This document shows positions 50,796 to 63,378 of a DNA stretch of 64,000 nt, piece by piece. Source of the DNA: Octopus vulgaris. Taxonomy: Eukaryota. The first letter of the stretch is position 1, and every line of letters begins with the position of its first letter. The notes beneath the pieces were generated by a model that was not told the origin of the DNA, made no database searches, and saw only the letters and a list, made by a program, of their open reading frames with translations. The translations under genes and the position numbers were made by a program. The DNA is taken from positions 32,302,001 to 32,366,000 of the forward strand of contig OX597838.1 of the NCBI GenBank assembly GCA_951406725.2, in the 5' to 3' direction.

Positions 50796-51180
50796 TATGT
50801 TTGACTTTTGCTTTACATTTGCACAAGCTGGCTCCAAGTCTCACCCAGAGTCCTCAAGAGACAACAAGTTGGAAGTTCACGTTGGTGTTATGCCTAGGGT
50901 GCCATATATTTGGTTTTGTACTAAGTGTTGTACTAGTGAATGTCTAAAAAACCATACGAAAATTATGTTTGTTTTAAAACTTGAGATTACATAGAAAGTA
51001 TTTTGCGTAGGATTATTATTATTATTATTATTCAGGTCACTGCCTGGAATTGAACTTGGAATCTTGGGGTTAGTAGCCCATGTTCTTAACCACTACGCCA
51101 TATGCCCGTGGGACATATATCCGTCAAATGTAAATAATGTAAATAATGTACATAATTCCTCATCTCTTAAATACAGAACT
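50540..51180 (-). mobile_element. tRNA-headed hammerhead element interrupted by a Dong 3' end
   Basis: HHR at 50590-50634 (CTGAAGA...GAAA-tg-TT), tRNA-like head at 51030-51107, inverted 3' end at 51117-51180. A Dong fragment (50794-51013) sits in its (TAA)n tract. Confidence 0.7.
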
Positions 51181-51449
51181 GTGTTACCATTATGTTTAGA
51201 GCTTCACATGATTTACCATTATTCAGTCTGCTTCCAGTATTGTGGTTTGGTTACTGTTAATCTCAGTAGTATTGCTAGATTACTAGATATGATAGACAGA
51301 GCAAAAGTGGGAGAAATGACAATAAATGCAAGTTTATATTCATTTGCTTCCTACATATGTTTCGCTGTTGCAGTTGTTTGTAACCCAGAATTAGATGTGC
51401 CAAGGTGTAAATGGATGCTTAAATACAATGGGTCATCAGGAACATTAGT

Positions 51450-51830
51450 CTTCCAGTGTAACCACATGATTCTGGGTTCAGTCCCACTGCTTGGGCAAGT
51501 GGCTTCTACTATAGCCTCGGGCCAACCAAAGCCTTGTGAGCAGATTTGGTAGACGGAAACTGAAAGAAGCTCATCATGTGTGTGTGTGTATATGTGTACT
51601 TTGTGTAAATACACATGCATGTGTGTGTTTGGGTCTGTCTCCGTGAAAGCACTTAACGACTGGTGTTGGTTTCTTTGCATCCCTGTAACCGCTAGCAAAA
51701 ATGGCTGATGGAATAAGTAACAGAATTTAAAGAAAAATAATTACTGGGGTTAATTTGATCAATTAACCCTTCAAGAGCAATGCCTCAGTATGGCCACAGC
51801 CCAATGACTAAAACAAGTAAAAAGTAAAAT
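51450..51830 (+). mobile_element. SINE family A, diverged
   Basis: Family A motifs. Confidence 0.7.
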
Positions 51831-51936
51831 ATATAAAAAGTGATCCATCATAACTTAGATATAAAAACATCCCTGTCTATCTCACCATCCCCATGCCATT
51901 TCCATCTGGTAAAGATTATGGAAACAAGAGTTATCA

Positions 51937-52272
51937 AAATTATGACACAAAAATTTATGGCAAAAATTATGACACAAATTATGACAAAAATTATGACAAA
52001 ATTATGACACAAATTATGACATGACAAAAATTATGACAAAAAATTGACAAATTATGACAAAAATTGTGACACAAATTATGACATATTACGACAAAAACTA
52101 TGGAACAAAAAATTATGACAAAATTATGACACAAATTATGACATGACAAAAATTATGACAAAACAATTGACAAATTATGACAAAAATTGTGACACAAATT
52201 ATGACATATTACGACAAAAATCTAGGGAACAAAAAATTATGACACAAATTATGACAAAAATTATGACACAAA
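51937..52272. repeat. Minisatellite (aaattatgac[ac])n
   Basis: 10-13 bp units with longer internal duplications. Confidence 0.85.
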
Positions 52273-52487
52273 ATACTGGCTAAAAGACATCAAATGCTCA
52301 GTGGACCACAAGTATAATAAAACTGAGACAATTTCTTAGAAAAGGTCCAAGGACCACTGATAACATCTATGTCCCACATGTAGACCATAGTTGATCTGTT
52401 GCTGATCCTTGCTTTAAATTATATTTTTAAAAGTCTGCAATGCCCCTAAACCATCATTTCTTAACTGTGACTCCCAGTGCTGAATGT

Positions 52488-53360
52488 GGCCCTCAAGCAT
52501 CCTTCTGGAAGCCCTTGAGTATTCTTCCGGTAGCCCTCATGTATCCTTTCAGCAGCCCTCAAGCCTCCTCCCGGCAGCATTCAAGCATCCTTCTGGTAGC
52601 CCTCAAGCATCTTTCTGGCAGCTCCCAAGCACCCTTTGGTGGCTCTGATGCATCCTTCTGAAGCATCCTTCTGATGGCCCTTAAACATCCTTCTGGCAAT
52701 CTTCAAGCATCCTTATCATGGCCCTCAAGCATTCTTCTGGCAGCCCTCAAGCATCCTTCCACAGCCCTGAAGCATCCTTCTGATGGCCCTTAAACATCCT
52801 TCTGGCAATCCTCAAGCATCCTTATCATGGCCCTCAAGCATTCTTCTGGCAGCCCTCAAGCATCCTTCCAGCAGCCCTCGAGCATCCTTCTGATGGCCCT
52901 TAAACATCCTTCTGGCAATCTTCAAGCATCCTTATCGTGGCCCTCAAGCATTCTTCTGGCAGCCCTCAAGCATCCTTCCAGCAACCCTCAAGCATCCTTC
53001 TGATGGCCCTTAAACATCCTTCTGGCAATCCTCAAGCATCCTTATCGTGGCCCTCAAGCATTCTTCTAGCAGCCCTCAAGCATCCTTCAAGCAGCCCTAA
53101 AGCATCTTCTGATGGCCCTTAAACATCCTTCTGGCAATCTTCAAGCATCCTTATCGTAGCCCTCAAGCATCCTTCTGGTAGCCCTCAAGCATCTTTCTTG
53201 TAGCTCCCAAGCATCCTTTGGTGGCTCTGATGCATCCTTCCAGCAGCCCTGACGCATCCTTCTGATGGCCCTTAAACATCCTTCTGGCAATCTTCAAGCA
53301 TCCTTATTGTGGCCCTCAAGCATTCTTCTGGCAGCCCTCAAGCATTCCTTCAAGCGGCCC
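52488..53360. repeat. 22-bp tandem repeat with ~110-bp higher-order unit
   Basis: Monomer gccctcaagcatccttctggca. The variant tgatggcccttaaac recurs at 52672, 52781, 52891, 53001 and 53110. Confidence 0.9.
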
Positions 53361-53729
53361 CTGATGGGCTTTCCTCTATAAACGCAATAAATTTACCTTT
53401 GACTCACTTGTGATCCAGATTTTGGATCTGGCCCAAATATTAAGAAGGGTCAAGAACCACTGCCCCAGCTATTCCTCTGGACATACCAGTATGCCACGGC
53501 CCTCTGTTTGAGAGCCAATGGCCCGCAATCTTGAAAATAAAGGAGGATAAATTAGTTAATGAATCCCGCAGTTGATTTACAAGAAGATGCAATGGCCATA
53601 ATTGGAACGCTATTGAACATAGGTTTCTCTGCTGGATCAAGACTGACCTGGGGTTAAATAAGAGCAACAACAACAACAACAGAAACAGCAATATTTCGTT
53701 GCTGAAGATGTACTTGTGCAGCTGTTGTT

Positions 53730-53741
53730 CTCAGCTTCTGT

Positions 53742-53777
<36 letters not shown>

Positions 53778-55445
53778 TACTGCTGCTGTTGCTATTGTTG
53801 CTCATTACTGCTGTTGTTCTTCTTGTCACTGCTGCTGTGATTGTTGTTGCTGCTGCTGCTGCTGGTGCTGCTGATGTTGCTGTTGGTGCTGCTGCTGATG
53901 ATGATGCTACAGTCGCTGTTGCTGGTGTTGCGGTTGTTTCTGCTCTTAAATGCGGATGTTACTGCTGCTGCTGCTGTTGCTGGTGCTGCTGCTGTTGCTG
54001 CTGCTGCGGCTGTTGCTGTTGCCGCTGCTGTTGATGGTAGTAAGACGTTAGTCTTAGGTGTTGCGGTTCTGTGTGCAAAGTATTGTGGGTAATAGACGCT
54101 GAGTTGGACATTAAGGGGTATTGTAAGAGAGAGAGAGAGGGGGAGAGGGAGAGGGAGGGAGAGAATGATGGTAATGGTGATGATGATGATGATAATGGAA
54201 GAGAAAGGAAAGAGAGAGAGAGAGAGTCAGAATTAGAGAGGGAGTAGAAAAGAAAAAGGGGAAAAAAATCAGGCATGAATGAAAGGAAGAAATGGAATAA
54301 AATAAGAGGTGGATCTAATGGGGGGGGGAGTAATGGGATGGTGGGATGAGAGTGGTGGAAAAGACAAAATGAGAAAGAATGGGTAGAAAGAGAGAGAGAG
54401 AGAGAGAGAGAGAAGTTTGAAAGAAACAGAATGTGTGGGAAGGTGTGTGGGAAGTAGATAGATAGATAGATACGTAGGTAGATAGATAGATAGATAGGTA
54501 GATAGATAGATAGACAGACAGGCTGATAGAGAGATAGATAGAGAGAGAGGGAGAGACAGAGAAAGTAGAAGATAGAATAAAGTAAATGTGTGTGAGAGAA
54601 AGAGAGAGAGAGAGAGAAAGGAATGGAAAGAGAGAGACAGAGTAAATGAGAGAGGATGATGCTTCCATTGGGCATATAAAGAAGGATGACACAGCATCCA
54701 AGTTCAATGTCCTGAGTGGTCTTTCTGACATGGCGGCGGCGGCGGTGGTGGTGGTGGTGGGAAGTGGTGGTGGTGGTGGTGGGGGGGGTTAGTGGTGGTT
54801 GTTTGGGGTAGTAGTTGTGGCGATGGTAGTGGTGAGGGTTAGTGGGGGTGGGGGTGGGAATGGTGGTCGTGGTGATGGGACTGGTGTTGGTGGTGTTGGT
54901 GGGAGTGGTGTTGGTGGTAGTAGCGAAGGTATTTGCGATGGTGGTGGAGGTGGTGATGGTTGGGTTCGTGGTGGAAGCATTGGTGGTGGTTGTGGTGGTG
55001 GTGGTGGTGGTGGTGATGGTGGTAGCTGTAGGATGGTTGCAGTGACATTATAGTGGTTGCCGTGTAGAAATGGTATGGGTAGCAGTAGTGGTGGTTGTGG
55101 CTCAATAGCAAGGTGAGGAGGGGTGGACACAGTGGTAGGGGTAGATAATGGGGTGGGGAAGCTGAGGTAACAGTGACAGGAGGATGGAGTAGGAGTTAAT
55201 AATTGTGATGGTGGTTGTGATGGTGATGGTGATGGTGGTGGTGACGGCGGCAGCGGCAGTGGCGGTGGTAGTGGTGGTGTTAGTGATGGTTGTGGTGGTG
55301 GTGACTGTTGATGTTAGTGGTGGCTATGATAGTGGCGATGGTGTTGGTGGTAGCACTGGCAGCAGCTGTGGTGGTGGTGGCAGCAGTGGTAGCGGTGGTG
55401 GTGGTGGTGGTGGGCAAAGTTTGTTTTGTAGTGGTGGTGGTGGTG
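53730..55445. repeat. Compound low-complexity tract (CTG, GA, GATA, GGT)
   Basis: Direct reading. Confidence 0.85.
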
Positions 55446-55453
55446 CGTATATA

Positions 55454-56416
55454 GGCACTGATGTGGCTGTGTGGTAAGAAGTTTGTTTCCCAACCACATG
55501 GTTCTGGGTTCAGTCCCACTGCATGGCAGCTTGGAGGAAGTGTCTTCTATTGTAACCAAAGCCTTATCAGTGTATCTAGTTGATGGAAACTGAAAGAAGC
55601 CTGTGTATGTGTGTGCATGTATGTGTGTCTGTATACATGTTTGTATCTATCTCCTACTGCTGCTTGACAACAAGCATTGGTGTATTTGCATTCCTGTAAC
55701 TTAGCAGTTCAGTGAAAGATACTGATAGAATAAATGCCAGGCTTAAACAAAATAAGTACCCGGTTCAATTTGTTTGACTTAAAATTCTTCAAGGCCTTGC
55801 CCCAGCATGGCCGCAGTCTAATGACTGAAAACACTCAAAAGACACCCAACACATTCTGGCAAGTGGTTGGCATTAGGAAGGGCATCCAACCGTGGAAACT
55901 AAGCCAACATAGACAACTGTAGCCAGGAGCAGTCCTTTGGCTTATCAGCTCCTGTCAAGTCATCTAACCCATGCTAGCATGGAAAAACAGACGTTATATA
56001 CTTACTTTTACTTTTACTTTTACTTTTACTTGATTCAGTCTTTTGACTGCGGCCATGCTGGAGCACCACCTTTTAGTCGAGCAAATCGACCCCGGGACTT
56101 ATTCTTTGTAAGCCCAGTACTTATTCTATCGGTCTCTTTTTGCCGAACCGCTAAGTGACGGGGACGTAAACACACCAGCATCGATCGGTTGTCAAGCAAT
56201 GCTAGGGGGACAAACACAGACACACAAGCACACACACATACATATATATATACATACATACGACAGGCTTCTTTCAGTTTCCGTCTACCAAATCCACTCA
56301 CAAGGCTTTGGTCGGCCCGGGGCTATAGTAGAAGACATTTGCCCAAGATGCCACGCAGTGGGACTGAACCCGGAACCATGTAGTTCATAAGCTTGCTACT
56401 TACCACACAGCCACTC
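55454..56416. mobile_element. SINE A (plus, 55454-55830), family C tail, SINE A (minus, 56020-56416)
   Basis: Family motifs. Confidence 0.75.
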
Positions 56417-57099
56417 GATGATGATGATTATAAGCTATTGGTGACAGAAACAGCCTTTGTAATGAATATTAATTAGGAGATCCAACTTAATTTGGATATC
56501 CAAATTAAATTGAATGCGGTGATTAATATTCGTTACAAAGGCTGTATCCATCGCAAATATTTAATTTATACAGAGCCCGCTAACATTTTGTGACATCACC
56601 AACCGTTTGCTCAGTATTAAGCTGTATCAGATTGTATCGGATTGATAGATTTTCAATCTGGCATTCAGTGATCAGGAGCCTGTTGCTGCTGGAACACAAT
56701 TTACACTGAAATCACGTGATGCAAGAGTTCCGTCTGCCAGCACTGATGAAATTTTCATCTGCTGATTTAATCTGTACTTTTTATGGCACTTAATGTCCAT
56801 ACGAGATGCTTTCTCAGGATGGTTACTGTAGTATATTGTGTTGAAAACGACACTTTCAAGTTCTGTTGAATGTGCTAATTAATGTAACATGTGGAACTGT
56901 TAATTACAACACGTTTTTTTTCTCTCTCCGGTTTTTTAACTCTTGTCCCTTTCTGTCGAAGAGCATAGGCTCAAAACGTCAAGGATTTTCCCATTTTTCC
57001 CAAGTGTCAAATTAACATACCTGCTTGTTGTTCCCTCACCTGTCTCTGTCTTTTGCTTTCTGTACATTTGAACTACATATATATATTTATATATATGTG

Positions 57100-57151
<52 letters not shown>

Positions 57152-57348
57152 CCATATATTTATTTTATAGGCAGGAGTTACAGGTACGAACTGTCTTCCA
57201 ATATTGACAGCAAGCTTCCTGATGATTTCATTTGAATGAAACAGTTCTGTGATTAGAAGCTCCTCTATAAAATAAAGTCACTTACTGTGTGTGTATTGAG
57301 TACATTATTTACTGTGGTTAACCCCGACTCAACCCGGGACTACATATC

Positions 57349-57408
<60 letters not shown>

Positions 57409-57474
57409 AATAAGAAAATGGAGGAACAAATTCATTTCAATCATCAACTTACAGATATTACAATTTCATATTAT

Positions 57475-57672
57475 GTGCAGGTGGCACGTAAAAAGCACCC
57501 ACTACACTCACGGAGTGGTTGGCGTTAGGAAGGGCATCCAGCTGTAGAAACACTGCCAGATAAGACTGGAGCCTGGTGCAGCCTTCTGGCTTCCCAGATC
57601 CCCGGTCGAACCGTCCAACCCATGCTAGTATGGAAAATGAACATTAAACGATGATGATGATGATGATGATGA
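57475..57672 (+). mobile_element. Family C 3' part
   Basis: Near-identical to 8330-8512. Confidence 0.8.
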
Positions 57673-57815
57673 TTATTAATTATATAAATAGGAACATGAA
57701 AATCGAACAAAACAATATACATCAATATGCAACAGCAGTATATCGGATAACTAATATCCCATAGTGGGTTATCCTCATAATCCCTTTCTTACTTTGTACT
57801 ATATATATATATATG

Positions 57816-57851
<36 letters not shown>

Positions 57852-57893
57852 TGTATGTATGTATGTATGTATGTATGTATGTATGTATATATA

Positions 57894-57929
<36 letters not shown>

Positions 57930-58043
57930 TGTATATATATATGTACATACCACATATGTAGAAAGATAGATACATACAAACATACATACATACACATACA
58001 TACATGCATACATACATACATACATACATACATACACACACAT

Positions 58044-58075
<32 letters not shown>

Positions 58076-58544
58076 TAAAGGTGGTGCTCCAGCATGGCCA
58101 CAGTCAAATGACTGAAACAAGTAAAAGAGTAAAAGAGTATGTATATATACATACTGGGGGGATAAATACAAACAAACACACACACACACACACATGATGG
58201 ACTTCTAGAGTCAAAAGTTTCGGGTATTCCCACTGATGAATTTTGGCAACTTATGTCTCCTTGTTCTCTCATTAATTTGATACAACTCATTATCCAATCA
58301 TTATTGCTGAATTGTTTATGCTTTATTATGATACATAAACATACAAACATTAATTACTTATTCTTTATTTTACAGCTTCGATGACGAATGGTGAAAAAAT
58401 TGCAGTTAGCGTCATTTTATGCTACCTGTGGATAAACAAGCCTGAGAGCGAGGGCAGCACTACAAAAAAAAGGGTTTTTTACCTTTTGACCGACAGATTT
58501 GAGAAATAATTTTTTGTAACTAAACACTTTCAAACTTCGGACAT

Positions 58545-58593
58545 TGGTAGAAGACACTTGCCCACGGTGCCAAACACAGACACAAAAACATAT

Positions 58594-58626
<33 letters not shown>

Positions 58627-58913
58627 CACACATACATATATATATATATATACACACATATATATGACGGGCTTCTTTCAGTTTCCGTCTACCAAATCCA
58701 CTCACAAGGCTTTGGTCAACCCGAGGATATAGTAGAAGACACTTGCTCAAGGTGTCAAACACAGACACACAAAAATATACACACACACACATATATATAC
58801 ATAAACATATATACGACGGGCTTCTTTCAGTTTCCATCTGGCAAATCCACTCACAAGGCTTTAGTCAACCCGAGGATATAGTAGAAGACACTTGCCCAAG
58901 GTGCCAAACACAG

Positions 58914-58957
<44 letters not shown>

Positions 58958-59112
58958 GGCTTCTTTCAGTTTCCGTCTAGCAAATCCACTCACAAGGCTT
59001 TGGTCGACCCGAGGATATAGTAGAAGACACTTGCCCAAGGTGCCATGCAGTGGGACTGAACTTGAACCATGTGGTTGGTAAGCAAGCTACTTACCAAACA
59101 GCCACTCCTGTG

Positions 59113-59113
<1 letters not shown>
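58545..59113 (-). mobile_element. SINE family A head with tandemly amplified internal segment
   Basis: gtagaagacacttgc recurs four times, separated by (TA)/(CA) tracts. Confidence 0.75.
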
Positions 59114-59155
<42 letters not shown>

Positions 59156-59262
59156 GGAGATGTACTCGCATAGCAAGTAATTTGATCTGAGATCGTGTGC
59201 TGAAACGAAAACAATTGCAGCGTGGAAGGTGTTTATAAGCCATTTAAGATGCAGCACGGATT

Positions 59263-59312
59263 TTTGTCAGTGAACAGGTCGCGGATTTTAGCGACGAAAA
59301 TATTTTGACAAA
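59263..59312 (+). ncRNA. Type I hammerhead-like ribozyme with G3:C8 core
   Basis: tttgtca-GTGAACA-g-gtcgc(ggatttta)gcgac-GAAA-atat-TT-tgacaaa; perfect 7-bp stem I, 5-bp stem II and palindromic stem III. Confidence 0.7.
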
Positions 59313-59390
59313 TTAAACTTAAATGTTGAAGTAATAACGGCTTTTGTGTGTTTCTTAAATGGCTTATAAACACCTTCCACACTGCAATTG

Positions 59391-59431
<41 letters not shown>

Positions 59432-59984
59432 CCTATATATATATACATACATCAACACAAAATATATACTGTTTACTGATAGTATGCTAGTATACATAAA
59501 CATACATCCACACACACACATCCACACACACACACACACACACACATCCACACACACACACAAACCATTACAGTGATGGGGGTGGGGGGTAATAGTTTGA
59601 TAATTACACTTGTCACATTTGTCTAGAGTTTACTACTTCTAATTAGAGTCCTTGCCTATATAATTAAGTTTTTTAACATATCTGATTAGTAAATTAGTAT
59701 ACATTAGCAGGACAATTGTTGCAAGTGGTAGAGTGGACGGCAGTGGTCAAAGGTGGACAGCAATAACACATAACATGGCGGATGGTCAGCGGTTCAAATA
59801 GTGGGTCCGGCACTGTGTTTCGTGATTGGGTTTCTGGGGCACATTTTGTTACATTTCGGTTGTTTGGCATTGTATTTCATATAAATCAGTGAATTAACAG
59901 TGTCAGGGATTTGGTGTGTGTGTGTGTGTGTGTGTGTGTGTGCATCGGGGGAGGGTAATAAATATTGTAGGGGAGGTTGATGTT

Positions 59985-60430
59985 TCTTTCTTCTTCTTCT
60001 TCTTCTTCTCTTTCTTCTGCTCTTCTTCTCCTCCTTTTTCTTGTTGTTGTTGTTGTTGTTCTTCTTCTTCTTCTTCTCCTCCTCCATCTCCTCCTTTTAC
60101 TTCTCCTCCTCCTTTTCTTGTTGTTGTTGTTCTTCTTCTCCTCCTCCTCCTCCTCCTCCTTTTGTTGCTGCTGCTGCTGCTGTTGTTGTTGTTGTTGTTG
60201 TTGTTATTGTTGTTGTTGTTGTTGTTCTTGTTCTTCTTCTTCTTCTTCTTCTTCTTCTTCTTCTTCTTCTCCTCTTCCTCCTCCACCTTTTTCTTCTTCT
60301 TCTCCCCCTCCTCTACCTTTTCCTTCTTGTTCTTGTTCTTCTCCTCCTCCTCTCTTTTCCTTCGTCTTCATTTTTTTTTATTCTTCTTCTTCTTCATCTC
60401 CCCTCCTCCTCTTCCTTCTTCTTTGTCTTT
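59985..60430. repeat. Pyrimidine-rich trinucleotide tract (TTC/TTG/CTC)
   Basis: Direct reading. Confidence 0.9.
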
Positions 60431-60629
60431 CTCTTTATTCAAAAGTATTCTTGACAACACATTGAAACTTTGATGATTTTCTATCCATAACTGTTGAGTG
60501 TTTCCATGTCTTTTCTGTATTCTCTATAATCCTAATTCTTTATCATCTTCCCGTTCCACAACTTTTATTACGTACACACACACACACATTATATACATTT
60601 ATAAATACATATATTTATATTTACATGTA

Positions 60630-61884
60630 TTGGGTCATCCCATAAATAATGTGTTTTTTTTTATATTTCTTTTATTTTTCAAAATTAAGATAAACAAAGT
60701 TCTTTTTTAAACTAAAATATTCTCTCCTTCATTTTCTACAATGCCCTTCTATCTATCTGGTAGACTTGCAAGGCCCCTCTTCCAAAATTCACTTGTCTGT
60801 GATGAAAAATACTCCTCCAGTACTATTCTGACTTAGTCTACAGAATCCATATTTTTTCCGTCCAAATGATTTTGAAGATTGCCAAGTAAATGATAATCAG
60901 ATGGGGCAATGTCTGGCAAATATGATGGGTGGGGCATTGTTTCCCATTCAAACTGCTCCAGCCTTTGGAATGTCATCCTTGCTGTATGTGGCTGAGCATT
61001 ATCCTAATGGAAGAACACCTTGTGTCTTGAAACCAAAGATGGTTGTTTTTCTTCTAGCACTGACTTAAGCTGCTCACAGTAGATTTCCTTTGTTATTGTT
61101 TGGTTTGGGTTTAAAAGTTCAAAGTGGACTAAACCTTTCATATCCCACCAAATAAATAACAACATCTTATATGGGTGAAGACCTGGGGTGTTGGTGTTTC
61201 TCCTTTCCCTACCCACAGTCTTCAGCAGTTGACATTTTTATAGAGAACCCATTTCTCATCACCAGTCACTATTCAGTCCCAAAAAAGATTTATTTGTGAG
61301 ACATGGCAGCAAAGAGAACGCTCTCGCTTTCTGTATGCGTTTAGACTCGGAAAGTTTGTGAGGAACCCATCGACCCAATTTTCTGACTTTTCCAATGGCA
61401 CGCAGCTGTTGATAAATGTTGAATGACCAAATTCAAGCTTCTCTGCTAGTTCCCCAACAGTTATGATGGAATTTTGTTCCACTAAGGTTTGAGGATGTCC
61501 TTGTCAAGCTCTACAGATCTTCCAGGACGAGGCTCATCTTCTAGGCTGTAGTTTCTGGCTCAGAATTTCTGGAACCACCATTGACACTGGCTAACGCTTA
61601 TTGTCCGATCCCCATATACTGCATTAATATTCCTTGCACTTTCTGTTGCATTGTTACCATTATTGAACTCATAAAGTAAAATATGCTGAAAATGCTCTTT
61701 TGTCACTTCCATTATGGCTTTGAAAAAATAACTGTAAAAATTGAACTGCACCCTTCAAAACTTGCACTAAGAATAAGTACAAGGTAAAATTACTACCTTT
61801 TTTTTATAGCAAGTTGATGCCATCCACCTCTGACTTTTAGTTCATACAATTGAAAAAAACCACATGATTTATTGGATGACCCAA
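60630..61884 (-). mobile_element. Full-length decayed mariner (DD34D)
   Basis: TIRs ttgggtcatcccataaat / atttattggatgacccaa with TA flanks. Fragments MEVTKEHFQHILLYEF, VTGDEKW, IWWDMKG and DNAQPH...YLPDIAPSDYHL (34 residues between the last two D). Multiple stops and frameshifts. Confidence 0.92.
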
Positions 61885-61888
61885 TATA

Positions 61889-63143
61889 CAGGGGTTGGAC
61901 AAAATAATGGAAACACCGAGCATCATAACAACATAATTTTGAAATATCTATAAAACCATCAAAAGCTTGTTTATTTTAATGTTTTTTGATGTATTATTAG
62001 TGTTGCTTAATATGTTTTACTAAAATTGCTGTTTCTTTTCAGATATCACCAGAAAAGGTAATTACAATTCATTAAAATGACAGATCTGTTGGACTTTCAA
62101 AGAGGTCAAATTGTTGGTGCTCATATGGCAGGCACTAGCTTAACAAAAACAGTCGAAATGTTTGGTGTATCAAGAAGTACTATCTTGAAGAAAGAGGGAA
62201 AAACCTCCTTTTCAAAACGAAACTCTGGAAGAAAACCAAAACTTTCAGATAGGGACTGTCGGACTCTTACGCGAATTGTTAGAAAGGATCACAAAAGTAC
62301 AGCTCCCCAAATTACTGTAGAGCTTAAGGACCACCTTGAGAATCCAGTTTTCACAAAAACTATTCACCAGGAGCTGCATAAAGCTGGATTTCAAGGGAAG
62401 GCTGCAATCAGAAAATCACTACTTTCAAAAACAAACATTGCAAAGCGTTTAGAGTGGAGTAAAAACCTACAGGTTTGGTCCCTAGAGCAGTGGAAGAATG
62501 TTATTTTCTCAGAGGAGTCATTCTGTACCTTATTTCCAACCACTGGCTGAGTATACATGTGGAGACAGCCAAAAGAAGCATTTGACCCAGATAGCCTTCT
62601 TCCAACTGTTAAACATGGAGGCGGATCTGTGATGATCTGGGGTACTGTATCTTGGAAATCCACTGGCCCAATGGGTTCCCCTTCATGGCAGAATTAATAG
62701 TGAAGACTCTTTAAGCATTTTATCTGATCAAATTCATCCTATGGTTGCAGAACTGTTTCCGGAGGGAAGCGCAATCTTTCAGGATGATAATGCACCAATT
62801 CACACAGCTAAAGTTGTTACTGAATGGCATGAAAAACATTCTAGTAAAGTTGAACATCTTACTTGGCCACCACAGTCTCCAGATCTCAATATTATTGAAC
62901 ATTTATGGTGCATTTTAGGAAAACAAGTAAGGAGTCGATATCCTCCACCATCATCACTACAAGAACTGGAAACTGTTATAGCTAAAGAATGGACAAAAAT
63001 TCCTTTGGAAACAATTCAAACTTTGTACGAATCCGTACCTTGTAGAATTCAAGCTGTGATTACTGCTAAAGGTGGTCTTACCCCATATTAAAATAAATTT
63101 ATTTGAAATTTTAAGGTGTTTCCATTATTTTGTCAAACCCCTG
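61889..63143 (+). mobile_element. Full-length decayed Tc1-like transposon (DD36E)
   Basis: TIRs caggggttggacaaaataatggaaacacc / ggtgtttccattattttgtcaaacccctg; 1255 bp long. Confidence 0.92.
62077..63091 (+). pseudogene. Tc1-like transposase pseudogene
   Basis: MTDLLDFQRGQIVGA...SGRKPKL...WKNVIFSEES...KHGGGSVMIWG...FQDDNAPIH...WPPQSPDLNIIEHLW. In-frame stop at 62548 and a frameshift near 62680. Confidence 0.9.
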
Positions 63144-63144
63144 C

Positions 63145-63180
<36 letters not shown>

Positions 63181-63298
63181 TGTGTATGTATCAAAACAAA
63201 TGACTGAAAATATTTGGTATATTTTTAATCTTATGTTACACATATTTCATTAAATGATAAGAGGGGACACAGCTAGGAATAAAATCCCTTATATTCAC

Positions 63299-63378
<80 letters not shown>

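Noticed and set aside
52488-53360. CRISPR-like regular repeat
   Set aside because: The monomers are contiguous with no unique spacers, there are no cas genes, and the context is eukaryotic.
57218-57250. CTGATGA...GAAA hammerhead candidate (also 56744, 58233)
   Set aside because: No credible stem I/II arrangement, or the GAAA is missing.
59794-60473. Lys/Glu/Leu/Ser homopolymer ORFs
   Set aside because: Pure trinucleotide repeat tract.
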